Shown one piece after another: positions 1-12,401 of a stretch of DNA of 64,000 nt (position 1 is the first letter of the stretch; every line of letters begins with the position of its first letter). The notes beneath the pieces were generated by a model. It did not search any database. It worked only from the letters and a program-made list of their open reading frames with translations, and was not told where the DNA came from. The translations under genes and the position numbers were made by a program. This stretch comes from Hydrurus foetidus. Taxonomy: Eukaryota. Where the stretch lies: the NCBI GenBank assembly GCA_900617105.1, contig UYFQ01000853.1, positions 1-64,000 on the forward strand. Direction: 5' to 3'.

Positions 1-262
1 TGTAGCCTCACTGTATCTGTACTGCATGTACGGATACACTGTGACTGTATACTATACCTGTACTGTAGATTCTAGAACGGACCCAAAGTCCGGTACAGTT
101 TTCTTTTCGTTTCCACGCGAGTACACATCACTGTAGATACTACTGCTTGTTTCTCGCTGTAAACTATAAGAATACTCTTCCACCTCCCCATCTTCGTTTT
201 TCGCCTCCGTCCTCGTCCATCGTCCTCGTCCATCGTCGTCCTTTTGGTCACCAACGACCATA
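1..262 (+). repeat. 5' LTR of copy 1
   Basis: Starts TGTAGCC, ends GACCATA; matches 5479-5742 apart from a few small indels and substitutions. Confidence 0.93.
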
Positions 263-336
263 ATATCGATATTTGGTTCCTACGACCAAAATTCTTTCTT
301 CATTCATCCATCTTTTCTCGGGAAATTTTTCGGAGC

Positions 337-3300
337 ATGGCTATTCGCCGTATCCGTGCCAAAGCCTCGGCTAAGGCAACCACCAACGCTAAGGCAACCA
401 CCAACACCACCGACAACACCAGCGCCATCTTAAGACGAGCTCAGCCGCGCGCTGTCGCCGTCGCAGCACGGAAGGCGTATCTCAAACATACGCAGCGCAA
501 TGTCCAAGACATAGAGTCTCCTGGATCACCTGCGATTCAGGACCCCGCCGGAGACCTGTCTGCGCCGGCGTCTCAGCCGACGTCGGGGCCTGCGGTCGTG
601 TCTGCTATTGATGTGCCTGTCATTTCTGCGTTGTCTGCTTTATCGCTTTCACCAGCTTCGGCTGCGATACCAGCTTCGGCTGCGACACCAGCTTCGGCTG
701 AGATCACGTCGACTTCGGTCGATAGATCTGCTAATCAACGTGCTTTGGCACCACCAACTCAGTACGTGCAAGTTGGTGAGAAAGCTCCTAAGTTGAGCGC
801 CAAGCCGTCTTGGCAAGAAGTTCAAAGAGTTTCAGAGGTTCTCCTCTCGAATGGAACGCCGTTTCGGCCAGTTGATGTCGTTCATCACAGCAACTTCCAA
901 TCTTTTAAAACCCTTTTGCAACTTCGATTTGCAACCGACCCTGATCGTCGAGACAGTTGTAACAACTGGAGAAACTGGACTAATCAGAATTTTTGTAGAG
1001 AATTGAATTTGGCAATTCCTGCAACTGCGACGTCCAGAACGGATAAACTAGGATTCATTGAATCCATTACTCAGGTTCAAATTCAATTTGACCTGAAGAA
1101 CCCATCAGTGGAAGAAAAGACAGACCAGCTTTTAGCTGATATTGTCGATGCATTCCCTGAGGTGTCAGCTGCCATGCAGTTAACAGCAACTAAAATTCTT
1201 ATTGATAAGTTGCCAGCTGAACCCATTAATTGGAGGTCAGTTTTGTACCGCACTCTCGATAGAACGCCACGTCTTATCACGGTCGATGATTTTCGATTCG
1301 TGTGGCGTGCGCAACTAAGAAAGCTACGAGAAGCAATTGATGCTTTACGGTTTGTAGACGTTCACCCGACTTATGGCGATCATTCTCGCCAAATCAAAAA
1401 CTCTAACCGTCCTCCTCAAGAGCCACGAATTAAAAACGGCAACGAGAGGACGAGAAGCCTGAGCAATCTGACAAACCCCACTGTACCGGCTGTGGGAGAC
1501 TTGGCCACTTAGTAGCCACTTGTCGATTCGGCTCTTCTCCGTACTTTAACAGTACCGAGAAACCTTTCCTTCAGTCGGAAGGAGGCAAAGATCTTTTGAA
1601 GATCGATCCCAAAGCGACGTTCATTCCAAACGCGTACGGAACATCTTCTTCTTCCGCTTCCTCCTCTTCTTCTGCGTCTTCTAAGACCGCGGCCTCGTCA
1701 GCAGACACTACTCGTGTCGCGAAGAAACAAAAAGGTGACTACGTTTACAACCTTAATATGTCGTCAATTGACAACCCTTCCGTTTCATCGGATAAACATC
1801 TAATCCCTTTCTTTATTTCTCATATTTCTCAGCAAACTTCGCTGGAAGAGAAAAATAGAGTCTTCACTCTATTGGATACGGGATCGATCGCCAGCAATTT
1901 TATAGCTAGGCGTGTTATAAATAATCTTAACTTAACACAACATGTTTCTAAATCTTCTAAGACAGCGTGTAAAGTTTGTAGTGGTTTAGATAATCATTGC
2001 TATGAAATTTCTGAAACCATCGACTTAAAACTTTCTTATTTTTGCCCTGATTTAAATAATTATTCTTCTTTCCAAATCACGGCTTATGTTTTAGAACAAA
2101 CACAAATTGATCTAATAGTGGGAAGAAAAATTATACGAGATTTAGATCTATTCTCGATTTTCCCAGATCAAATAAAATCAAGCACTTCATCGCGACCAAC
2201 CCCAATAAAGGGAGTCTCGACTTCTGAAGATGTGGTCATAACATGTGGCTGTCAGCCCGAAGAGACTTTGCAAACCTCTAAAGGAACCCCAAAAGATCTT
2301 TCATTAACCCAAATGAAAGATCCGGCAGTCACCCAAACACATGTCATACTAGCTTCGTTAATTCAAGAGTCGGAACAACTATTTGGAGTTGTGCCGCCTG
2401 ATGAAGATGAAATTGATGATTCATTAAATGACTCCTTTTCACCATGGATTAATGAATTTCTTGATACAGATTCACTCTCGCTAATACACATAGCAGGTGA
2501 TGAAGATCAGAAAAATAAACTCCGTTTACTATGTAACGAATTTAGGGATATATTTAGCAGTGAGCTTCCGGCTAGCCCTGCTGATATCCCACCGTTTGAA
2601 CTTAACGTGGATGACGTAAAATGGAAAGTCTCCCGTAATAGAACACCTCCTCGACCACAATCCACTGCAAATCAAGCTGACATTATACGTCAACTCGCGA
2701 AACTTGAAGAGCAAGGGATTATCGAGAAATCAAATGCGGCTTATTACAGCCAAGTGCTTATGGTTCCAAAGTCTGACGGAACCAAACGCATGTGTATAGA
2801 TTATCGAAATCTTAATGATTGTACCGAAGATGCATCATGGCCCATTCCTAACATAAATGAAATGTTACGTCGAATTGGTGCTCATAAAGCTAAAGTATTC
2901 GCTACACTTGATCTCACTCAAGGATATCATCAAGCACCGCTTACACTGGCAGCACGCGCATACACTGCATTCATACTTTTCTGTGGCGTGTATCAATTCA
3001 CTCGTCTGCCCTTTGGGCCTAAACGAGCTCCTTCTTATTTTCAACAGACCATGGCAACTGTTGTATTAGCTGGTTTGATTTACACTATATGCGAAATGTA
3101 CATTGATGATTGCAATGTTTTCGGCAAAGACACTGACGAATTAGTTTTTAGACTCCGTCTTGTTTTTCAACGCTTTCGACAACATAAAATATTTCTTAAA
3201 CCAAATAAATGTTATCTTGGCTATTCCGAAATTGATTATGTTGGCAAAGTCCTTTCTGCTGAAGGACTAAAAATGTCACAAGAAAAAATACGGCAAGTTT

Positions 3301-5271
3301 TAGATTTTCCCAAACCAGATATATCTAAACAACTTAAAAGTTTTTTAGGTTTGGTAAACTATTTTCACGATTTTATCAAAAATGCTTCAACTGTACTATA
3401 TCCGTTACACCAGTTGCTTGTTGATTATAATAAATCTAAAAAAAATAGTTTGGACACCAGAAGCTGACTCAGCATTTGAGTTAATTAAATCTCAAACTGC
3501 AAAATGCACGACAATGCACTTTTTAAGTGACACCGATCCGATTTACTTGCACACTGATGCATCGGATTACGGTGTAGGTGCTTATCTTTTTTCAGTTAGT
3601 TGACGGAAAAGAGACGCCCGTAGCATTTGTTAGTAAATCGCTTAACAAAGCTCAACTTAGGTGGGCAGTTATACAGAAAGAAGCATATGCTATTTTCTTT
3701 GCGTGCACGTATTTAAAATCGCTATTACGTGATCGGATGTTTACATTACGCACCGATCATCGTAACTTGTTATACATTAAAAATCATTCAAATCCAATGA
3801 TTGTTCGTTGGCTTATGGCTTTATCAGAATTCTCATTTAAAATTGAATTCATTTCCGGTGTTAACAATGACATAGCTGATTCGATGTCTCGACTCTGTCG
3901 TAACAACATGATTGACCATCCTCAAGAATATTCACTTGAGACAATCATGTCTGCCAATATAATTGAAAAATTCAAACTGACTCGTGAACAATACAATACT
4001 ATAAGTAATGTACACAATTCACAAGTTGGTCACTTTGGTCTTGAGCGCACTTTAAAGCGTCTCAAAGACAACAACAAGGTGTGGCAGTTTCAACGACAGC
4101 ATGTCAGGTGGTTCATAGATCACTGTTCGTGTTGTCAAAAGATGAGCATGTTAAAGATCCCAATTCATGCTCACGGCTTTTCGACTTCTACTTACACACC
4201 TATGGAATGCCTTAACATAGACTTCGTAGGACCGTTTCCAGACGGGGGGTACGTACTCGTAATTATCGATACGTTCACAAGGTGGGTTGAGCTGTTTCAT
4301 ACTAAAGATGCTTCGGCACTTTCGACAGCTCAATGCCTTTTGCAACATTTCGGTCGTTTCGGCGCACCTCTCCAACTCCGTTCTGATAATGGGCCACACT
4401 TCATTGCCGAAGTTATCAAAGAGTTTCTAACTCTTATTGGCACTCAACATTGTCTTACTTTAGCATACTCTAAAGAAGAAAACGCCATTGTTGAACGCAT
4501 GAATAAAGAAGTTAATAGACACCTTCGTGCTTTAACTTACGATAACGTAACGCTTGATGATTATTCAACATCACTACCATTTGTGCAACGAATTTTAAAT
4601 TCTAATCACAGTGATCGTTTAAAAATCTCTGCATCTCAATTGCTTTTCGGCAATATACTCAAATTAGACAGAGGAATATTTCTTCCTCCATCTGAGAGAC
4701 TTGTTATTAATGACAAACCTTTGTCGGCACGTATGAGCAATCTATTAAAAATACAAGATAGTCTTCTCAAAGCTTCGGCCAAAGAACTTCTTCGTACAGA
4801 TTTACTTCATCAAAACCAATCTCAGATCTCTCAGCATATTGAGTACCCTCGCGACTCATATGTTCTTGTACATTATCGCGATGGATCACCTCCAACACGT
4901 CTTCATACGCATTGGAGAGGTCCATTAAAAGTCGTCAGTGGCGAAAATTCTCGTTACACTCTATACGATTTGATCACACAAAAACAGCGGTATATCATGT
5001 ATCTGCCATGAAACCGTTTCTGTATGATCCAGCGATTACAAATCCTGTTGATGTCGCGCGTCGTGACCATATGGAATACTTCGTAGAAGACATCGTTGAT
5101 CACCGTGGACCTCATCAACGCTCCAAGATTGAGTTTTTAGTCAAATGGTTAAATTACCCTTCTGATAAAAACACTTGGGAGCCTTACTCCAATCTTCGTG
5201 ATGTTGATAAACTTCATGATTACTTGCGTCAAAATAATTTGACAAAACTAATCAATAAACAACACCGTTGA
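337..5271 (+). pseudogene. Gag-Pol polyprotein with C-terminal chromodomain, split by four 1-nt frameshifts
   Basis: ORFs 244-1512, 1596-3467, 3382-3603, 3578-5011, 4912-5271; zinc knuckle CTGCGRLGHLVATC at 1482-1523 is in the pol frame; chromodomain YFVEDIVDHRG...FLVKWLNYPSDKNTWEP; breaks map to homopolymer runs. Confidence 0.9.
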
Positions 5272-5453
5272 TTTCTTCACTCGAAACGTTATTCATGAAG
5301 AATTTACCTCCTATTTTTTTATATTCTTTTTTTGGAGGAATTTAGTCAGTAAGAGTCTGACATCATCGTTTTCGAAGTTTCTCATTTTTTTCAAAATGTG
5401 TTTTGTTTCGTCTTTCTTTCCCACTCTCATACAAATATTAGTAGAGTTCATTG

Positions 5454-5478
5454 GAAAAGAAAAGGGAAGAAGGGGTAG
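5454..5478 (+). other. Polypurine tract (plus-strand primer)
   Basis: GAAAAGAAAAGGGAAGAAGGGGTAG directly before the 3' LTR; copy 2 has the same GGAAGAAGGGGTAG end. Confidence 0.9.
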
Positions 5479-5742
5479 TGTAGCCTCACTGTATCTGTAC
5501 TGCATGTACGGATACACTGTGACTGTATACTATACCTGTACTGTAGATTCTAGAACGGACCCAAAGTCCGGTACAGTTTTCTTTTCTTTTCGTTTCCACG
5601 CGAGTACACATCACTGTAGATACTACTGCTTGTTTCTCGCTGTAAACTATAAGAATACTCTTCCACCTCCCCCATCTTCGTTTTCCGCCTCCGTCCTCGT
5701 CCATCGTCCTCGTCCACCGTCCTTTGGTCACCAACGACCATA
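5479..5742 (+). repeat. 3' LTR of copy 1
   Basis: Direct repeat of 1-262. Confidence 0.93.
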
Positions 5743-6542
5743 ATTGAAGAGAATCCAACGATACTGACATTGAGGCTCTTCTACTGCTACGGCGCACAAT
5801 CGGAATCTTTTCAGGATCTGCACAGCAGGAGTGATTGCGTTGCATAGAAGATGGCAGGATTGCAAAAATATTCTCATCATGTTGTAGGTACGTCCCTGAC
5901 ATCTCAGAATTGCAGTATTCTTGATCAGGTACTGATTCGAATCAAATCGCCCACTTTAATTCTTTTAGACTCCTTATTCAGTCGTATTTCCATTGGAATC
6001 ACAAATGAACTCGTCGGTACGAGTTCGAGATTATTTTTCATAGGTACAATTATCGCTGAGAAGCTTCAAACCCTGTATCAAAGCTTTGGCTCTCAATGGC
6101 AGTGCTGCATCCAGAAGGAAGTTATCGATGATGTTGTACAGCTTGTTGAACTTCGAACTTGACTGCTGTGCATTACTGAAAGCAGCCTTTTTAAATTGAG
6201 ACCGTTGATGAATCGGTGACTGCGAAATTTTAATAGAGGACAGTGGTTTACGATAGTCAGCCATTGTTGCCTATATGCAGAAGGCAACTTCTCGTTGTTT
6301 AATGCAAACTGATTTTTTGCTACACGGCTCACAATTGCGAATGTAGAGCTCTGGTGAATTGGATCGATGGGAATGATCTGCTTGTAGGATTCTCCCAGAG
6401 AGTACTATCGTCGGTAAGTCTCTTGGAAGCTCCAAACAGACCGATTGAAGATTCAATTACGCTCCAAAACCCATTGCTATACTGCGGAGTAAGGATATGG
6501 CTGTGAAGGGGCATGGGCAAAAAAAATATATATATATAGGCA

Positions 6543-6736
6543 ATATGCACTTTTCATCCGGTCATGCATGTATATGCAATTTATGCACAGTGAGAAGTGA
6601 GAAGTACGCATGCACCAAATTTCCAGTACGGAATACAAATTTTTGTAGAAAATCCGTATTCCGTACTGGGTTCCACATTAGGCCTGTTAAAGTATTTTTG
6701 CATATGTAATCAGGTCTTGTCTATATAAGTGCATAT
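6543..6736. repeat. Nested inverted repeats, probable degraded MITE
   Basis: CCAGTACGGAATAC (6623) / GTATTCCGTACTGG (6656); ATATGCAA (6572) / TTGCATAT (6698); ATATGCACTT (6543) / AAGTGCATAT (6727), all centred near 6640. Confidence 0.5.
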
Positions 6737-8017
6737 ATAGGCCTATTTTCCGTTGGGTATGGAGGTATGGAGCATGGAGCATGCATGGAGCGAGGATTTG
6801 TTTCTTGTCACAAACCTCAATGGCTTCTTTGTCTGTACTGCTCCGCATGTACGTGTAGTATACAGTTCACCATCACTAGCTTATGTGTTGGTCTTTAGTA
6901 CTCCAATTGAGATTGTAATTGATGTTACAATTTTGCCGTGTTGCTCAGAATACATTATGCAAAATTGAACAAACAGTTCATGTATTCTCCTCCTTTTGAT
7001 TTTCTTCCTGGCGTTAAAATTAAGTGATACTTAACACAGTGGTGCTAAAAATGTATGATCAGCATCACTATCTAAGCGTGAGAAGTTTATTTTATGGGCT
7101 GCGATGTTGCGTATATTTAAAGTTACAAGCATGACAGCATCCACTTTCTAAAGCGCAGCTGCAGCCTGATGTCATGAACCAGAGGTCTAATTTATGTCAT
7201 TTTTATGTCATTTTTCAATCTTTAAAAAAGGCACACCCCGGACCTTTAGCCATATTGTTAATCCTGTTAACGATCTTTCGAATACAGTGAGACGTCATTT
7301 TGTCAATTATCGTAGTTTAGCAAGGACAGAAAGATAGGCTGGAATACAAAGAAATAGAATTGTCGTATGTCTGTAAATTGTGTTGGACTCCCTATAACTA
7401 CGACAGACCGTAGCAATGCAATCTAAATCTCTACATCAACTTAAAATTTCTCATCGTTAACTGAAGAGTGTCAGGGCCCATTCATTTCTCTGCGTCATTT
7501 GACTCAATGGGATCACAGATTTATCGTGAGGACTGGACGCAGCTGTTGTGCCGGTCAAAATTAAACGGTGCCGCAATATTCTATTTTACGGTATAATCGT
7601 GTTTTTGACCGTAGAATCAAAATGACGGTTATTTCAACCTCTGTTTCTACAGCAGCACACAGCCCACCAGAACAAAATATCAAGTGCGGTTGTTCTACCC
7701 GTATGAGTGGCACATTTTTAGTGGCGATGAAGTGTGGTCTCACCAGTCCGTGACTGTCCTCGACATCTACTCAGTCGAAAAGGACGTACTGACAGTAATC
7801 TGTTACACGTCCCAAGAGTGTGGGACAATGAATTTATTCATTTCTGCTCTTTTAAGGAGTATCTATTTACAGACGGATGATTCTAATCAAGAAAAGCTTG
7901 ACGTTGCCACTACTTTTTGACGCCTAGGAGCCAATCTCTTGGCGTGGTTTCAGTTTTCACATATAGTAAATAATAGAGCTATATGCATATTGTGTAGTAA
8001 AAAAATGTAATCATAAA

Positions 8018-8986
8018 TTATGATCGGCTGCCGCCATTGATTAGGCCAAAGTATTCTGCTCGTGTTTGTTTGTCCGACTCAAATGTTCCCAGTAGAGTGC
8101 TAGTGACCGTGCTGCTCCCTGCTTTCTCCACACCCCTCATTACCATGCACATATGCCTGCAGTGACGTGAGAATCGTTAGATGGGATGGAATGAAGTTGC
8201 GGATTGAGGTAAGGATTCTGCTTCACGCTGTCAAACGGAGGGTCACGATAAATCAGCTGACATCTATTTGACTTTTATTCAAGCAACATTGCATTCGCTC
8301 AGGATGAGTCCTTTTGGAGACCACAGAACTTACGTCGCTTCAATGGTCACGCCGACACCTAGCGGAGATATTGCATCCATGATCGCCTTTGCAATTTGCC
8401 TGGTCAGTCTCTCCTGAACCTGAAGTCTCCTCGAGAATAGATTGGCAATACGGGCGAGTTTGCTCAGTCCGAGGATTTTCCCCTGTGGTATGTATGCAAT
8501 TGTGACCTTCCCAGAGAAAGGCACCATGTGGTGCTCGCAAAGTGAATGTATGTCTATGTTGCGGACCATGACCATGTCTGTGCTCGTTTCTTCATTGAAA
8601 ACTCCCTCGCCAATGACATCGCTCACAGTTTGACAATAGCCACTGGTGAAAAATTGCAGCGCTTTTGCTGCCCTGCTAGGTGTTTTTTCAAGACCCTCTC
8701 TGTCCGCGTCTTCACCCATGCACTGATTAATTGGTATGAATTCGAAATGCATTTGACAGTTCAGGATGAGTTTCTTGGGACTTCGAAAACATTTGGCGGT
8801 AACTACCTCTATAATTGTTCGGATTGCGTTTGACATTCTGTCTAGTTTGCTGCATTCCTCCTGCTCTTCGCTAGATGTGTCCGCATTCAACGAATCCGAG
8901 TCATCACTTTTAATCCTCTTAGGTTGGACGATTTCCTTATCGTTGAGAGCAGCAGCATTGAACTTTCGCGCACCTAGCTCGCTCAT
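8018..8986 (-). CDS. GCH1: GTP cyclohydrolase I (spliced)
   Basis: Motifs [36 protein letters not shown]; last exon 8018-8156 encodes HMCMVMRGV; introns ~8157-8331 and a probable in-frame one ~8725-8806. Confidence 0.93.
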
Positions 8987-9957
8987 TTTCTGTGCTTCTA
9001 CCTCGCAGGCTGAAGCGCCTAATCCTACTTCTATCACTCAAGTTATGCATGTACTGTGAAACTTGGTGATTTCAAACCTGCAAGACGCCGAGAAGATCAC
9101 ACTCTTCGTTGGGGTTCTTACAGGATAATTTACTTGAATCGAGGGTCCCCAGAGAGAAGAACGGCTGGTTGACGTTGTGTGAGTGAAAATGACGACTTTT
9201 CTCCTAGCTTCTCGCACACGAACAAAAATTTAAAATTTTATGAATCGTACCGTACGGAGTTTGTGAGTTGTACTGTACTCTGTACCGTACCGTTGTACAC
9301 TCAAGATTCAAGATGAGCAGTGATCCTATCTTCAATCTGCAGACCTGACCAAACAATAATAGTGAAGCACCATTGGTTGCGATGAAAATGTCGGAGCAGA
9401 GAGTACTGTTGCACAACCCTTCTGTTTGTCAATCATACGAGAATTTAAGAAAATCACGATGAACAGTTACAAGTACAATTAATTTCCTTCTATTCAAAAT
9501 TTTATTGTCCACCTTCGCCCTCAAGATCTGGACTGCTGGAACATTCTAAAAAGGGAACAGAGTTGAAATTCGTTTCTCTGGTTCCTTTATTGAAAAATGG
9601 TTCTCCACGGATGTAGGTTTTGATTGTAAGGTAACTCTTTATACTACAGGATTGAAGCACCTTTTACTATACAACGTCGTTCGTCTTTGCTGATGGAGAA
9701 TATATTTCACAAAATCTGGAGCAGAGGATCTGCTTTGTGAACACTACGGCACGTAGAACTCACCAGAGTGACTGGTTACAACTCTGAAGCTGTGACGAAA
9801 CTGATTTTTGTGTTCTTTTTTTATCGCGAACCTTAAGGCAGCAGGGTGAAAGGAAACAGCAAGTTGTTATGATTAATTTAATGTTTTAGAAATGATCTTC
9901 TGGGATTACTTGTTAAAAGAAATACAGTAAAAGATTTTTTAAGAAAAGAAAAATACA

Positions 9958-10030
9958 CGACCACCCCAAGACTCGAACTCGGAATCTTTGCCTCCGGAGG
10001 GCAACGCCTTATCCATTAGGCCAGGCGGCC
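9958..10030 (-). tRNA. tRNA-Arg(CCG)
   Basis: 73 nt cloverleaf GGCCGCC...GGTGGTCG; anticodon arm TTGCC-CTCCGGA-GGCAA; T-loop TTCGAGT; oligo-T pol III terminator just downstream. Confidence 0.95.
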
Positions 10031-10211
10031 ACTCCTGACATTTCACGAAATACTCAGATACAAACTCTTGTATTGTATTAGCTTCAAGTTGGACAAAATT
10101 AAAATTATTGGCGTCCTTGCTGGTGATAAAGATACGAGCGAGATACGTTACAGCTAGCAGTGAAGTTAAATCGAACACTTCTTTCTGAAATACAGCAACA
10201 AAAAAATCACT

Positions 10212-11210
10212 ATGGTACCTCTCTACAGAGCTATCATCGCCCTCATCCTCTCTTGCAGGGGAGTCTCAATCAATCTTCCATATGCACTGAAGGCGGTGTC
10301 AGCATCGAAGTTTGCAGCCACATCTTTCGCCTACCTATCGCTTAACTTACCTATCGGTAACATCGGGTCCGCCTTCCAGGCCATCGTAAAAAATCCTGAG
10401 GCAATAACATGCTCGCTGGACACTATGCTCACAGACGAAAATCACGGATCCTGTCAACAACTTGATAACGTTGTGAGACTGCGGGCTGGAAAGATACTAA
10501 CAATAAAACAGGTGAACTAACTTCCAATCTCTTGCAGATCAACTTCTTCAGGCCTGCTCGCCATCAATCAACGTAATTGTGTTCATTCTCCAAAGGACTG
10601 GGGAGGGAGCGCTTCGACGGGAGCTGCAGTTTGGAATGGTGCAAACATGGCTGGATGGTACATGGAAAACGTATTGGGTAAAGAGAAAATGTCCGGTTCC
10701 TCATTGCTCGAACTAGGTGCAGGGGTTGGATTTACGAGTCTGATAGCGAATGCTCTTGGTGCAACGGAAGTTGTCATAACTGATGGAAATACGGACGTTC
10801 TGAAAGTTGCCGATTTTAATATCGAGATGAACGCTCCTGAGTCCAAATTATCAAATTTGCGGACTGCACAGTTGAGATGGAATACGGAAGATGAGAAGGC
10901 TTTGAAAAGCAGCAAAGATGGCAAACCATGGGACTACATTATTGCGGCTGATGTAACATACTTGAAAAAGAATCGTGTTGATTTGATAACATCGATAGCA
11001 AATTTATCTGGTCCAAATACAATAACAATGATTAGTATGGAGCCAAGAAATGTAGGTGAAGTAGAGGATGTAATTAAAATTGTTGAATCCTTAGGATTAT
11101 CATGGAAAGAAGAACAGCTTCCTATCGATAAGGAAAAAAGTCAGTGCAATCTCATGTGTGCGAGAATGTTCCTGCTCACGAAGACTCCATCCCTTTTGTC
11201 AAAACCGTAA
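10212..11210 (+). CDS. METTL21/Methyltransf_16-family SAM-dependent protein methyltransferase with N-terminal signal peptide (possibly plastid-targeted)
   Basis: TGAAVWNGA, LELGAGVG, VVITDG, YIIAADVTY motifs; intron 10512-10595 joins the two ORFs in frame. Confidence 0.85.
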
Positions 11211-12401
11211 TTAATTCAAGCATTTACAAGGTGCGTACCATTCTTCTGCTCATGATACCAGCAGATTATGGGGCTTGTAGTGCCCGATGTATTCAGGGAC
11301 TTCGCCACCGGAGTGTGATAGTAGTAAGAGAAATTGATGCATCTCGTCATACTTCTCATTACTGAATAGAGAGTGTGTATTGCAGAACAATGTTCAATCC
11401 TTTTACATTATGGAAGATGAAGGGGGGGCTGTAAGGATACAGATAGAGACAGAAGTGACGTGTGCTGATGAGTGCATAAATGAAATGACAGTTACCGACA
11501 TTCATATCCAAACAACTTGCTTCATCAACACTTCAACGCTGCAATTGCCAAGGATTCATGGCCACCTCTCTCCTTTGTCACTACTGCACATCTAACATCT
11601 CTCCATTCCACTCAACCCTCATAGCATGCAGTCACTGATCGTGGGAGACAAGCCGACATGCTCTATAACCGCGTGCTTTCTTCCATCACGGAGAGGGCCA
11701 CTCAGGCAGCAGCAGATAGGGATAGAAGCCTCGGGTCTCCTCTTTCTATTTCCCTGCTAAAACAGTTTGAAGTGTATGATGACGTACATGGGGCGGTCAC
11801 AGGGATACTTTTCAAGCCGTCATTTGCGGCCTGTCAGTTAAAAGATTTGTGATGAAATATGAGCAGTGAAATTACAACCAATGCACTTGCTCCTAATACA
11901 ATCCAAATTTTAATTTTCTCTCGAAGATAATCTGTCACAATACTTCTCCTGATTTTGACGGTTTTTACTATTTGGAGTGATATTTTGTATTCAAACTACG
12001 TGATTCAAAATACGAAATACCTTCAATTTCGATGACACATCTTAGAATACATTATTCAACATTCAAATTCGAGTGCTGCTGCACTGAATAATGACAATGT
12101 GTGGCAATTGACACACTATCCATCGAGAACACCTACTTAACGTATATCGACACTACGTTTACTAATACGCTACTTTATTGCAATTTTATTGATTGATGCT
12201 ACACCACGCTTTCTAACTCACTGGAGATTCCTAACAAGCATAGCATCGCAAATCAAACACGTAATTAATGCCCTACTAAATACAATCAAACACACAAAGT
12301 AAACTATACTAACAGTAACACATTTCAAATGACTTGTAACGCTTTATTAGCACCAGCGATGATAATGACTGACATGAAATATTTTTCATTTTACATCCCA
12401 C

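Larger units (their letters stand above)
1..5742 (+). mobile_element. Complete Ty3/Gypsy chromodomain-bearing LTR retrotransposon (copy 1)
   Basis: Near-identical direct LTRs at 1-262 and 5479-5742; PPT before the 3' LTR; domain order Gag-CCHC-PR(LLDTGS)-RT(YIDD)-RNaseH(TDASD)-IN(HHCC, DDE)-chromodomain. Confidence 0.97.

Noticed and set aside
52..261. Small ORFs within the LTRs (also 5396-5902)
   Set aside because: By-products of TCGTCC-rich LTR sequence
274..287. TGGTTCCTACGACC as a standard tRNA PBS
   Set aside because: 11 nt from the LTR end and I cannot match it to a specific tRNA; it does not match the tRNA-Arg in this window
5743..6456. Broken minus-strand frames next to the 3' LTR as a disrupted gene
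   Set aside because: No recognisable motif; short frames with stops; cannot be supported
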